From contig JAVJQW010000033.1 in the NCBI GenBank assembly GCA_040218735.1, forward strand, positions 192,001-256,000: 64,000 bases of DNA, written 5' to 3'. This document shows, piece after piece, positions 20,233 through 29,735 of the stretch. The notes beneath the pieces are model-generated. The model worked only from the letters and a program-made list of their open reading frames with translations. It was not told the origin of the DNA and did not search any database. The translations under genes were made by a program, and so were the position numbers. Source of the DNA: Deltaproteobacteria bacterium. GTDB lineage: Bacteria; Myxococcota; Kuafuiibacteriia; Kuafuiibacteriales; Kuafuiibacteriaceae. The first letter of the stretch is position 1. Every line of letters begins with the position of its first letter.

Positions 20233-20642
20233 TGACGTTCGTCGACCGCATCGTGGTCGAGACGTCGGGGCGCTCGTTCGTAGACGTGACCTCGCGGGTC
20301 GCTCAGTGCGTCGCGTCGAGCGGCGTGCGTGACGGCCTCGCGAACGTGTTCATCCGCCACACCAGCGCGTCACTCGTCGTGCAGGAGAACGCGGACCCGG
20401 ACGTGCGCCGCGACCTGGAGCGCTTCCTCTCGGACCTGGTCCCCGACGGCGACCGCCGCTACCGCCACACCGCCGAGGGGCCCGACGACATGCCCTCGCA
20501 CGTGCGCGCGGTGCTGACCTCGACATCGGTCAACCTGCCGGTGCGAGACGGCCGATTGGCGCTGGGGACGTGGCAGGCGCTCTATCTGTGGGAGCACCGG
20601 CACGCGGCGCACCGGCGCACGCTGGACGTGACGATCGTGTAG
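20232..20642 (+). CDS. yjbQ: UPF0047/YjbQ family protein
   Basis: HTSASLVVQENADPDV, YRHTAEGPDDMPSH, LGTWQ; TGATG overlap with prfB. Confidence 0.9.
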
Positions 20643-20681
20643 ACCTTGCAGCCGACGCGGTGTCCGGGTAGCGATCGGACC

Positions 20682-22088
20682 ATGGACGTCGGTGCTCTGA
20701 AGGCGCTGCTGAGCGCATCGGGTTACGACGTCCGGTTCCGTCGCGACGCGTGGGTGGAGTGTCTGCTCCTCGCGTCGGGCGAGACCTTCGTCGGACGAGG
20801 CGTGGACGACGACGCGGCGTTGCTCGCGGCGGTCGACGCCGCGTTCCCGTCTTCGTTGGCGAAGGCGTTGTTGGTGCAGGCGTTGGGCGCGCCCGTGGCT
20901 TCTGCGCCGCGGCCCGCTCCGCCGAAGCCGGCGGTCGGGCACCGCGCTGCGGAGCGCTCCGCGCCGCCGCTGGTGGACAAGACGTCGAATCGCCCCGCGC
21001 GTAACGATCATCAGCGCGCCATCGACGAGCTGCACGTGCTGAACGAGCGCGTCCGGGACTCGCGCGAGGAGCTGGGGTTGTGCACTTCGGAGCGCCAGCG
21101 CTTGGCGATCCTCGCGTGGATCTGCGAGGCGCGCGCGCACACCGACGTGTTCCCGGGCGACGAAAAGATCCGCGACGAGGTCGCGCAGGTTTCGCGGCAG
21201 CTCACCGAGATCGGCAAGGCGTTCTGGCCGGGGTCGGTGACCGCGCTGCAGCTCCAGATGCAGCCGAAGGATCTCCCGCGGCACCTGCTTGGCGGGACGG
21301 CGGCGACGTGGACGAGCGCTGCGGAGCTCGCCGAGCGTGCGCTGCACAGCATGGAGCACGCGGACGAGCGCCGCGGGCACGACGAACACGGCTGGGCCGA
21401 CTACGCGTACACCCAGCCGCCGCCGTCCGACGCGGACGCTACGCTCGCAGAGCTCGTCGCGGAGTTGGAGCGCTACGGCGGTTCGATCGAGCGCTACGCG
21501 GAGCCCCGCGACGCTTCGCAGAAGCCGGACGAGGAGCGATTCCTCCGCTGGGTCCGAACGCTGCGCTGGCTACGCGGGACCCACGTGGATCCGAACCAGT
21601 GGGCGCGCGCCACGGGTCGGCTTCGCTGGTGGGCCGGGCGCCGCGATCCCAACCTGACGCCGCACGGCAAGGAGCTGGACGGCGGCTTCGTCCCCACACG
21701 GCCCTGGGCCGAGCTGCTCCACCGCCCCGGCGCGCCGTCGCCGACGAACGGCCCGCCCGCGAAGCTGGTGACGCAGGCGCAGGCGCGCTGCGCCGGGAAG
21801 CGCATCGTGATCGTCAGCCACCGAAGGGACCCGGAGCTTCAGCGTCGCGTCGAGGGTGCGTTGGCGGGGGCATCGATCGACTGGGCGGTGTCCGAGCCGA
21901 AGCGCCTGGAGGCGCTCGCGCAGACGATCGGTGACTACGATCTGGTCCTCGGCGCGTTGGGGCTTCAAGCACCGCGCCCCGACTGCGCGCTCGCGCGCGC
22001 CTGCCGCGTCGCGGACACCCCGTACCTGCGCGTGAACCGCGGCCGCCCGGTCGCGTGCCTGCGGGCGATCGCGCGCGTCGGCGCCTGA
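20682..22088 (+). CDS. Hypothetical protein with DUF2325-like C-terminal domain
   Basis: Long ORF with good codon bias; C-terminus KRIVIVSH...YDLVL...ACRVADTPYLRV resembles DUF2325 (by eye). Confidence 0.6.
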   Translation: MDVGALKALLSASGYDVRFRRDAWVECLLLASGETFVGRGVDDDAALLAAVDAAFPSSLAKALLVQALGAPVASAPRPAPPKPAVGHRAAERSAPPLVDKTSNRPARNDHQRAIDELHVLNERVRDSREELGLCTSERQRLAILAWICEARAHTDVFPGDEKIRDEVAQVSRQLTEIGKAFWPGSVTALQLQMQPKDLPRHLLGGTAATWTSAAELAERALHSMEHADERRGHDEHGWADYAYTQPPPSDADATLAELVAELERYGGSIERYAEPRDASQKPDEERFLRWVRTLRWLRGTHVDPNQWARATGRLRWWAGRRDPNLTPHGKELDGGFVPTRPWAELLHRPGAPSPTNGPPAKLVTQAQARCAGKRIVIVSHRRDPELQRRVEGALAGASIDWAVSEPKRLEALAQTIGDYDLVLGALGLQAPRPDCALARACRVADTPYLRVNRGRPVACLRAIARVGA

Positions 22089-22156
22089 GCCGGAATCGAA
22101 CCGGTCCCACGTCTCGCGGGTTGGCGCCCGAGCGGGGAACTTGTTAGCGCACGCGT

Positions 22157-24853
22157 ATGACGTGGCGACGCAGTGGTTTGGGCCTCGCTGTGTTGCTCGC
22201 TGCGTGTTCCGAGGCGCGTGAGGCTCCGCCGCTGCGCGTCGAGGTGATGGGGTGTGTCGAGTGGCCGCGGGGCGAGGCGTGCGCGCTTGGGACCGCCCCG
22301 CTGACGCTGTGGATCGAGCGGCCCGCCGAGGTCGCGATCGACGGCGAGACGGTGGCCATCAGCGAGCGCGTCCCGGTGCAAGGCGGCTTGCGCCTGCGGG
22401 TCTCGGTGCGCCCTGGACGTCTGACGGTGACCGCGAAGGGGCGGCGTCCCTACGTGCTGCCCCTCGTCGCCGCAACCCCCGATCCGCGGTTCGCGGCCGT
22501 CGCCCGCCTGCGGCGGAGCGGTGCGCTGACGGATGCCGAGACGCTGGTCGCTCAGATCACCGCGACGTCGACGCCGAGCGGCGCACTCGCAGAAGCCGCA
22601 CGCAACGCGCTCGCGGCGGGACGAGAACACGAAGCCATTCGTCTGTTCGAAGCGAGCATCGCGGAGGGGGAACGTGAGGGACGGCCGCGGGCAGTGCTCC
22701 GCGATCGGACGGCGTTGGTCTACGTGATCATCGAGGGCGGGTTCCCGCCGGGTCGCGCTCGCCGAGAGCTGGATGCGCTCGCGCCGCTCGCGCAGAGGCA
22801 CGCCGAGGCTGCTGCAGACCTCGCGTACTCGCAGGCCTACTACGCGAGCAAGATGCGTGCGCCCAGGCCGGGGCTCGCCGCGGTGCGTGAGCTCCTCGCA
22901 CGAGCGGAGCGGTTGGGGCTCGACGAGAGCGAGCTCGACGGCCGCCAGATGCGCGTTGCGTTGTTGGTGCTCGCGGGACGCTGGGCCGAGGTCGCCGAGG
23001 AGTTGAGCCGGGTTCGCGCGACGTTGTCGACGCCGTGGTCCGCCTGCAAGCGCGGCGAGCTGCTCGCCAACCTCGGCTGGTACCAGCTACTGGGATACCG
23101 AGCGTCGCCAGAACACTTTCCGGAGCCACCGCAACCGATCCTCCAGCAGGCGGTGGTGGCGCTGAAGAAGGATTGCCCGCGCCCGACGCTCCTCGCGACC
23201 GCGGAGGTCAACCTCGGCTGGGCAGCGCTGTTCGCCGGACAACTCGACGAGGTTCGCGTTCGCCTGGGCGCGGCCGAAGCTGCGGACCCGACGCCCTCGC
23301 CGCGGGCTCGCTTGGACCGGCAGCACCTCGAGGCCGAGCTCCTGCTCGCCGCCGAACAGCACCGAGGCGCCCTGGATGCGTTCGTTGCGCTGGAAGCGCG
23401 CGCCGCGCAAGTCGGCTTGCCGTTCATAGGATGGCGCGCCGCCGTGGGGCGGGGGATGGCCCTCGAGGGCCTCTCGGACCTGCCGGGAGCCATCCGAGCC
23501 TACCAGGACGCCGAGCACCGGCTCGCCGCGCTGGCCGAGCGCGTCCCGCTTGGCGAAGGGCGTGACGGTCTGCTGTTCGAGCGCGGTGAGAGCGCCGAGC
23601 GTCTCGTCGACGCATTGACTCGCGCGGACCGCGGGGTCGAGGCCATCGAGGCCATCCGTCGTGCACGTCGCGGTGTCCTCTCTTGGTCACGCGGCGAGCG
23701 GGCGCTGCTCCTGCAACCCGTGGACGAGGAACGCGACGCCACGCAAGCTCGCTTGCGAGCGGCGCGGGCCGCCCTCGTGGACGCGGTGGCGGAGTCCTGG
23801 GCGTTGCCCGCGGACGCGCTCGCCCGCGACCGCGCCGCGCTCGATGCGAAGGCCGCAGAGGCGCGTGCTGCGCTCGACGCGTTCTGGTCGAATCGGCGCG
23901 ATGTCGTCGGAGCGACCGCGCTGGGCGCTGCGCCTACGCCGCTCCCAACGCCGCGGCCGGGTGATGCTTCGCTGTTCGTGCATCCCGTGGGGCAGGGGAT
24001 GGTCGCGTGGCTGTGGACCTCGACGGGTTTGTGGTCGGCGACATCGACCCAGGCCACGCCCGCGCAGCTGCGGCCGCTCGCCCCGCGCCTCGCGGGCATC
24101 ACTCGGCTCGAGGTGTACGCGTCCCCGGTGCTCGAGTCCCTGGACTGGGCGGGGTGGCGAGTCGATGAAGCTCCGCTGTTTCGGCGAACGGAGGTCGTCT
24201 TCCCGTTGGACCTCGGCCGCGTGGAGCCCGTAGCAGCTCCGGAAGCGCGGCCCAGAGCGCTGGTCGTCGCCGACCCCGCGGGCGCTTTGCCTCGAGCCCA
24301 GGACGAGGGCCGCGCGGTCGCCCGGGTGTTGAAGCGCCGGGGATTCGACGTCGTCGCTCTGATCGGGCCCACGGAGCGAAATCGGGTCCTCGAGGTGCTC
24401 GGCCAGCCGTGGGATCTGATGCACTACTCCGGACACGGCGAACAAGACGGCCTCGACGGCGTGGAAGGGGGGCTCGTCATGCAAGCTGGCTTGCGGATCT
24501 CCGTGACCGATGTGCTCGCGCTCCCGCGCGCGCCGCGGCGTGTGATTCTGGTTGCGTGTGACTTGGGGCGACGTGGGTCGCGTGAAGGGCGCCCGGGTCT
24601 GGGGATGACTCAGGCCTTCGTGCTCCGGGGCAGCGAACAGGTCGTGGCGGCTCTTCGGCCCGTTCGTGACCAGGACGCGACGCAGTGGTTGGGCGCGTTC
24701 CTCGACGCCTGGTCCTCGAGCCAGGACTTTGGGCCCGCCGTCCGCGCGGCGCGCGCCGCGTTGGCCGAGGACCGGCCCGAGGTGGATGCGGCGGCCTTTC
24801 GTGTTTGGACGTCCCGTGCAAGAACGAGGGCATTCGCCGCGAAGGACGAGTAG
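22157..24853 (+). CDS. Putative lipoprotein with TPR-like region and C-terminal CHAT peptidase domain
   Basis: Lipobox LAVLLAAC; ALVVADPAGALPRAQDEG, MHYSGHG (His), VILVACDLG (Cys), GMTQAFVLRG. Confidence 0.88.
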   Translation: MTWRRSGLGLAVLLAACSEAREAPPLRVEVMGCVEWPRGEACALGTAPLTLWIERPAEVAIDGETVAISERVPVQGGLRLRVSVRPGRLTVTAKGRRPYVLPLVAATPDPRFAAVARLRRSGALTDAETLVAQITATSTPSGALAEAARNALAAGREHEAIRLFEASIAEGEREGRPRAVLRDRTALVYVIIEGGFPPGRARRELDALAPLAQRHAEAAADLAYSQAYYASKMRAPRPGLAAVRELLARAERLGLDESELDGRQMRVALLVLAGRWAEVAEELSRVRATLSTPWSACKRGELLANLGWYQLLGYRASPEHFPEPPQPILQQAVVALKKDCPRPTLLATAEVNLGWAALFAGQLDEVRVRLGAAEAADPTPSPRARLDRQHLEAELLLAAEQHRGALDAFVALEARAAQVGLPFIGWRAAVGRGMALEGLSDLPGAIRAYQDAEHRLAALAERVPLGEGRDGLLFERGESAERLVDALTRADRGVEAIEAIRRARRGVLSWSRGERALLLQPVDEERDATQARLRAARAALVDAVAESWALPADALARDRAALDAKAAEARAALDAFWSNRRDVVGATALGAAPTPLPTPRPGDASLFVHPVGQGMVAWLWTSTGLWSATSTQATPAQLRPLAPRLAGITRLEVYASPVLESLDWAGWRVDEAPLFRRTEVVFPLDLGRVEPVAAPEARPRALVVADPAGALPRAQDEGRAVARVLKRRGFDVVALIGPTERNRVLEVLGQPWDLMHYSGHGEQDGLDGVEGGLVMQAGLRISVTDVLALPRAPRRVILVACDLGRRGSREGRPGLGMTQAFVLRGSEQVVAALRPVRDQDATQWLGAFLDAWSSSQDFGPAVRAARAALAEDRPEVDAAAFRVWTSRARTRAFAAKDE

Positions 24854-24917
24854 AGGGCCGTAGAGCCCTCGGGAAGCGAGGCCGTGAATGGCACGATTGA
24901 GGGATCGGTTCGGGGGG

Positions 24918-25400
24918 ATGTGGCGCGTCACCCTCGTGATGTTTGCGCTGATGGGCTGCAAGACGACGGCGTCCAGCCCCGCCGCCGAGCCCCCCGCATC
25001 GAGCGCAGTGGCGTCGGATGACGACCGCGAGGTCACCGGCCCCTCCGAACGGCTCCGCGCCGAGGGGACGATCCCGGAGCCGGAGGTTGGGCCCTGTAAG
25101 AACTGCTCCGTCGACATTGCGCGGCGCGTGCAAGGCAGCTTTCAAGACGTGCCGAAGTGCGGCGCGTCCGGTGAGCCCGTCGTGTACCCGATCAGCGCGC
25201 CGCGGATCGTGGTCCTCGCGGGTGACCAGCAGGGGGACACGTTCGATCTCGACGGCGCACCCGCGACGTTCGAAGTCGGCGCCCCGCTGGAGGGTGAGCT
25301 GCCTCCGGAAGCCAAGCCCGAGGGCTGGGTCGAAGCGCAGATCGTCGTGACCGACAGCGCCGAACGAACCTGCAGCTCGACCCTCAAGATCCTGCAGTGA
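24918..25400 (+). CDS. Small putative lipoprotein
   Basis: MWRVTLVMFALMGC lipobox; Cys pair CKNC. Confidence 0.6.
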   Translation: MWRVTLVMFALMGCKTTASSPAAEPPASSAVASDDDREVTGPSERLRAEGTIPEPEVGPCKNCSVDIARRVQGSFQDVPKCGASGEPVVYPISAPRIVVLAGDQQGDTFDLDGAPATFEVGAPLEGELPPEAKPEGWVEAQIVVTDSAERTCSSTLKILQ

Positions 25401-25403
25401 CGC

Positions 25404-26531
25404 TCACGGACAGACCCAGATCTTTCCGGTGACGTAGCCGCGTCGCGGCGTCTTCGGATCGGCCGTGCTCCACACGGCCGCTGACCACGGACCGCGACCA
25501 TCCTCGTCGAGGATGAAGACGTCGTCCCAGCGCCAGCGCGTGGGGCTCAACCACCGAATTTGTTGTGGCGGGACCTCGATGTCGACGCGGGGCGCCTGCA
25601 CCTTCAGCGCGAGATCACGGTTGTCGAGGCGACCGTCGAGCGCAATGACGAGTCGCCGGAAGTCGCCCTCCATCTTCGAGGTCGACACGCGAAGCCGCAC
25701 CGGCGCGCCCCCCGGCAAGATCGGGAGCCGCGCCGACGCGCCGAGGGCGACACAGAGCGTCTCCGCCCACGGGACGTGCGCGATGGGCCAGCCGTAGTTG
25801 ACGTTCGGCAGCGCGCCGCCGTGCACGGCGATGATGTGCTGGGTGCGACGGTCGATCAGCGCGGCACCACTGTCGCCACCCTCGGTGTCGCAGTCATGGA
25901 GGATGCGGCGCCGACGGCGATCGTAGCGCGCCGTGCAGGAGTCGTTGACGCGGAGGATGCCCTTCGAGAGGCCGTAGAGTCTGACCTCGCGCTCCCGCAC
26001 GCGGGACCAGTCGAAGGTGTAGTCGACCGGGAACGCGGGGAGCTCGGCGACGGCGCTGGCGTCATCGACCTGGACGAGGGCGTGGTCGCGGTGTTCGTCG
26101 AACGCAAACGTCACGATCCTGCAACCTAGCTTGCGGCCATCGAAGAGCGTGAGTGGTGAAGGGCACGGCGCGCTCCGGAAGCCGCGGAAGCCGGGCTCCT
26201 CGCTGATGCAGTGGCCGGCGGTGAGGAAGAGTCCACGGCCCACGTGGGTCGCCGTGCAAACGCCGAAGCGCGCGAACGCTTCGCCGTAGTCGACGCCCTC
26301 CGGGTTGCGAACCTTGGCGCCGGGGACGATGCGTTTTCGTCCGTCCGGCCCGATGACCTGGCGCCCGTCTTCGATCGGTTCGGCGCCGGAGCTGGGATGA
26401 ATGCCGGGGATGGCGCGCGGAGTCTCCGCGACGGCGGAGCGGTCGAGGCGCTTCAACCCGGTCGCTCCAGGAGGAGCAGGGGTCGAGGGCGGCGTGCTCG
26501 ACAGGCTGAGCAGCAGGAGCACCGCGTTCAC
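25404..26531 (-). CDS. Secreted trypsin-like serine protease with C-terminal beta domain
   Basis: CTATHVG, FLTAGHC, DHALV, HDCDTEGGDSGAAL; hydrophobic N-terminus; GTGA overlap with the caspase stop. Confidence 0.88.
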   Translation of the reverse strand: MNAVLLLLSLSSTPPSTPAPPGATGLKRLDRSAVAETPRAIPGIHPSSGAEPIEDGRQVIGPDGRKRIVPGAKVRNPEGVDYGEAFARFGVCTATHVGRGLFLTAGHCISEEPGFRGFRSAPCPSPLTLFDGRKLGCRIVTFAFDEHRDHALVQVDDASAVAELPAFPVDYTFDWSRVREREVRLYGLSKGILRVNDSCTARYDRRRRRILHDCDTEGGDSGAALIDRRTQHIIAVHGGALPNVNYGWPIAHVPWAETLCVALGASARLPILPGGAPVRLRVSTSKMEGDFRRLVIALDGRLDNRDLALKVQAPRVDIEVPPQQIRWLSPTRWRWDDVFILDEDGRGPWSAAVWSTADPKTPRRGYVTGKIWVCP

Positions 26532-28102
26532 CGGACCAACCTCACGGCTTCGGACTTCGCGCGACGCCCGCGGAAGGCGGGTTGTAGATCATCGGCGCGG
26601 TCCGGGTCGCTGACACGATTGCCGAGGATGCGCACCGCCTCCAGCCGATACTGATCCGTCCGTAGCACCGAGATGAGCCGCAGGACCTGCGCGATCGTGA
26701 CGCTCTTGCCGCGCGTTCCGGCGTCGACCGCCTCCATCTGGCTGCGGAAGTCGCGGGCGGCGTTCACGCGTCCGCGGAGCGCCTCCAGCTCGGATGTGCT
26801 CAACGGCGGTGCGACGCCGAGGGTCCTGAACATCTTGCGGACGGCGTCCTTGGACGAGGCGAAGGAGAGATCGTCCAGCACCGCGTCGAGCGACTCGGGG
26901 TCGCTCACCTGCCGTCGCAGCAGCTCGATGACTCGAACCTTGTCGCCCTCGAGATCGAAGTGCGCGATCAGTCGACGGACCTGCGCGATGGTGAACGCCC
27001 GGTCGCGCGTGCCGAACTCCAACACCGCCATCTTGTCTGCGCTGAAGGACTCGGCCTCCAACATGCGTTCGAGCGCCGCGAGCTCGCGGTTCTGCGCCGA
27101 ATCCAGGCTCTGAGCGATCGGTGCGCCGCGGGTGCGCCCTTCGATCGTCTGCGCCGGGACCGCGAGCGGAGCGGGGTCCGGCGGGGGCGCGCCCCCGTCG
27201 GTGGGGACGAGCACCAGCTCGGCGAACAGCGACGTTGCTTCCCACGGGAGCTGCCTCGCGCCACTACCCTCGTAGACCTTCCGCCGCACCGAGCGGAAGA
27301 TCTGATCCACCGTCCAACCCGGCGTGGTGATCTCCTGAATCAGCACCCCGGTGTACGCGCTGTGTCCGCCCGGTGCGCCGTCGGCGGCCGCGTGCCCGGG
27401 CGAGGTCGCGTAGGCGATGAGTGTGCGGGGCGGCGCTTCGACGAACGTCTGCCCGACCGCGTCCCGCGCCGGCGCTGCGTGAGGCGGCGTTCGACACGCG
27501 TCGAGGATGACGATGCGGACGGCGTCCTCGGCTTGACTCAGCTCCGCGAGCACATCGTTCAGGCTGACGGCCTTCTTCGCGAAGTCGGGCCCGAACGGGG
27601 TGCTGCGGATCGGCATGAGATAACTCAGCTCGCCGTCCTGCAGGCCGTGTCCCGCAAAGTAGAACAGCCCGACGCCCTTCTTCTTGCGAAGCTCGAAGGC
27701 AAAGGCGGAGAGCGCGTCCTTCATGTCGATCGCTTCGAGGTTGCGGTGCTCGGTGACTTCGAAGCCGATCGTCTTCAGCGCGGCCGCGAGCGCGTGCGCG
27801 TCGTTGAGGGGGTTGGCGAGCCTGGCGTCACCGTCGTAGCTCGCATTGCCGATCACGAGCGCGAGGCGGGGTCGTGTGTCCGCGGAGCCGGGGACCGGCG
27901 CGGGTCCTGCGGCCTCGCTCGACTCCGCCATCACCCTCGGGTTCTTCTTCGGGGCAGGCGACCCGTCCTCGGTCGACCCGCCCGCCCGGGCAGGCTCCTC
28001 GAAGTCGGCCGGAGGTGGAGTGTGGGCTCCGGGCGTTGCGCAGCCGGCGGCGACCGCCACGGCGAGCCCGAACACACGTCGCACGAAGGTTCGCGCCGTC
28101 AT
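26528..28102 (-). CDS. Caspase-family (peptidase C14) putative lipoprotein with two DUF4476-like repeats
   Basis: ALVIGNASY, LANPLNDA, FYFAGHG, VILDACR, YATSPG; lipobox AVAAGC; two TIAQV-containing C-terminal repeats. Confidence 0.88.
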   Translation of the reverse strand: MTARTFVRRVFGLAVAVAAGCATPGAHTPPPADFEEPARAGGSTEDGSPAPKKNPRVMAESSEAAGPAPVPGSADTRPRLALVIGNASYDGDARLANPLNDAHALAAALKTIGFEVTEHRNLEAIDMKDALSAFAFELRKKKGVGLFYFAGHGLQDGELSYLMPIRSTPFGPDFAKKAVSLNDVLAELSQAEDAVRIVILDACRTPPHAAPARDAVGQTFVEAPPRTLIAYATSPGHAAADGAPGGHSAYTGVLIQEITTPGWTVDQIFRSVRRKVYEGSGARQLPWEATSLFAELVLVPTDGGAPPPDPAPLAVPAQTIEGRTRGAPIAQSLDSAQNRELAALERMLEAESFSADKMAVLEFGTRDRAFTIAQVRRLIAHFDLEGDKVRVIELLRRQVSDPESLDAVLDDLSFASSKDAVRKMFRTLGVAPPLSTSELEALRGRVNAARDFRSQMEAVDAGTRGKSVTIAQVLRLISVLRTDQYRLEAVRILGNRVSDPDRADDLQPAFRGRRAKSEAVRLVR

Positions 28103-28194
28103 CTCGCCGGCACCCTAGCGCCGACCCGCCCACCGGTCGAATTCGGCCGGCCCCGCTTCCACGAACCTACGCACCCAACTCGACGAGCTCTGCC

Positions 28195-29709
28195 TCAACG
28201 GGGGGTGACCTCCGGCGCGCGCGTCGCGCTCAGCTCGAGCCAACGCTTCCCGCCCGTGCACGACCCATCGGCGCGCGGACGTTCGGTGCCTGCGCAGACG
28301 CAGATCCACTCCACGGGCTCGCCCGCCGCGGGGCGCTGGTTTCGGTAGGTCGAGCCCGCCGGGACGGTGTCGTCGCACTCCGGGGGTTTGGCGTTCGTCC
28401 CGTAGAGCCGCCGGGTCACCGCGTTCGTCGGGCCCTCGTACCGATCCCCCGCGCGGCCGATCCATGCGCGGCCCGGCTCGAGCTTCGAGCCCTGCGCCGA
28501 CTGCGAAGCATAGCCGGTGACGGCAAGCGCCCCCGCGCCCGCGCCGCCTGCGCGCCAGCCCCACGTCTTCGAAAGGTCGTCCCAGATCAGGCGCAGGTTC
28601 GTGTTGCGGTCGCCCTGCAGCTCCACCGCGAGCGCCGCGTTCTTGCCGACGTCGCCGAGGTGCACCGCGCCGTTGTGATCGCCGCGGCCGAGCACCTGGA
28701 GCGCGCCGCCGACCGCGCGACCCCGCCAGTGCGCGATCCCCGCGGTGCGCGGACGACTGATGCCACCGATGATCTGCGTGTTGCCGAGGTACACCGAGCC
28801 GCGCCCGCCGGTCTCCTCGTACGGGTTCAACAGGAGCGTCACCGCCGTCTTGCTCTCACCCGTGACGTAGCCCGGGTGGTGCGCCAGGGGATCGTCGGCG
28901 CCCGCGTCCGCGTCCCAGAGGTACGCGACGTGCGGCGCCACGAACGTCGTACCGAAGCTCGAACGATCGCGTACCCCCCAGCACGATAGCGGCCGGGTCC
29001 CGTCCCACCGCCCCGCGCGCCGACACACCTTGGCGACGTTCAGACCGACGGCGGTTCCGTTGTTCGCGTCGGCGCCTTCGATATAGACGCCCCAACCCCC
29101 GAGCTGGATCGCGCTCAGGTTGTAGACCGCCCAACCGTTCGCATTGCCGTTCGGGTGCGCGGCCGTGACGTGGAGCGCGTGACCGAAGCGCTGCACCGTG
29201 ACCCGCTCGATGCGCACCGGCGTGCGTGCGATGAGCGCCGTGCTCTCTTGGTGTTCCTTCCCCCCGCGCAACTCACCTTGCAGGTAGACGTCGGAGATCG
29301 CGACGAAGCCGGCGGAGACGTGATCGTCCGGGGTGCTGGGGCAGCGGTTCTTGCCGCCCTTCACCGAGTACCAGGTGCGCAGGCCGTCGACGCCGTGGGC
29401 GAAGGTCAGCGTGGTGCCACCGTTGGCGTGGCCCTCGCCGCACCCGCGGATCGTCACGCCGCGGCAGAGATCCCAGGGGCGGGTGAAGCGGTACTCCGCG
29501 CAGCCGAGCTGAATCGCGCACCCGCGCCGCTTCTCCGCGCCGCTCCCCTTGGGCGCGCAGGTCGGCGACGAGAGCAAGCGATCCACCTCGTCCGACCAGT
29601 CGCCGCGAGGCCCGTACGCCGGGCAGCGGCCGCCTTCGCAGAGGTCTTCGAGGCGGAGCGCGGTGGGCGCGGGGGTGCTGGCGAGGAGCGCGAGCGCGAC
29701 GACGAACAT
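28195..29709 (-). CDS. Secreted beta-helix (pectate lyase/tailspike-like) protein
   Basis: Signal MFVVALALLAS; EYRFTRPWDL, VTIRGCG, IERVTVQRFG and GWGVYIEG beta-helix-type strands; C-terminal AGSTYRNQRPAAGEPVEWICVCAGT. Confidence 0.55.
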   Translation of the reverse strand: MFVVALALLASTPAPTALRLEDLCEGGRCPAYGPRGDWSDEVDRLLSSPTCAPKGSGAEKRRGCAIQLGCAEYRFTRPWDLCRGVTIRGCGEGHANGGTTLTFAHGVDGLRTWYSVKGGKNRCPSTPDDHVSAGFVAISDVYLQGELRGGKEHQESTALIARTPVRIERVTVQRFGHALHVTAAHPNGNANGWAVYNLSAIQLGGWGVYIEGADANNGTAVGLNVAKVCRRAGRWDGTRPLSCWGVRDRSSFGTTFVAPHVAYLWDADAGADDPLAHHPGYVTGESKTAVTLLLNPYEETGGRGSVYLGNTQIIGGISRPRTAGIAHWRGRAVGGALQVLGRGDHNGAVHLGDVGKNAALAVELQGDRNTNLRLIWDDLSKTWGWRAGGAGAGALAVTGYASQSAQGSKLEPGRAWIGRAGDRYEGPTNAVTRRLYGTNAKPPECDDTVPAGSTYRNQRPAAGEPVEWICVCAGTERPRADGSCTGGKRWLELSATRAPEVTPR

Positions 29710-29735
29710 CGCGGCGGATTGTGCGTCAGATCGAG

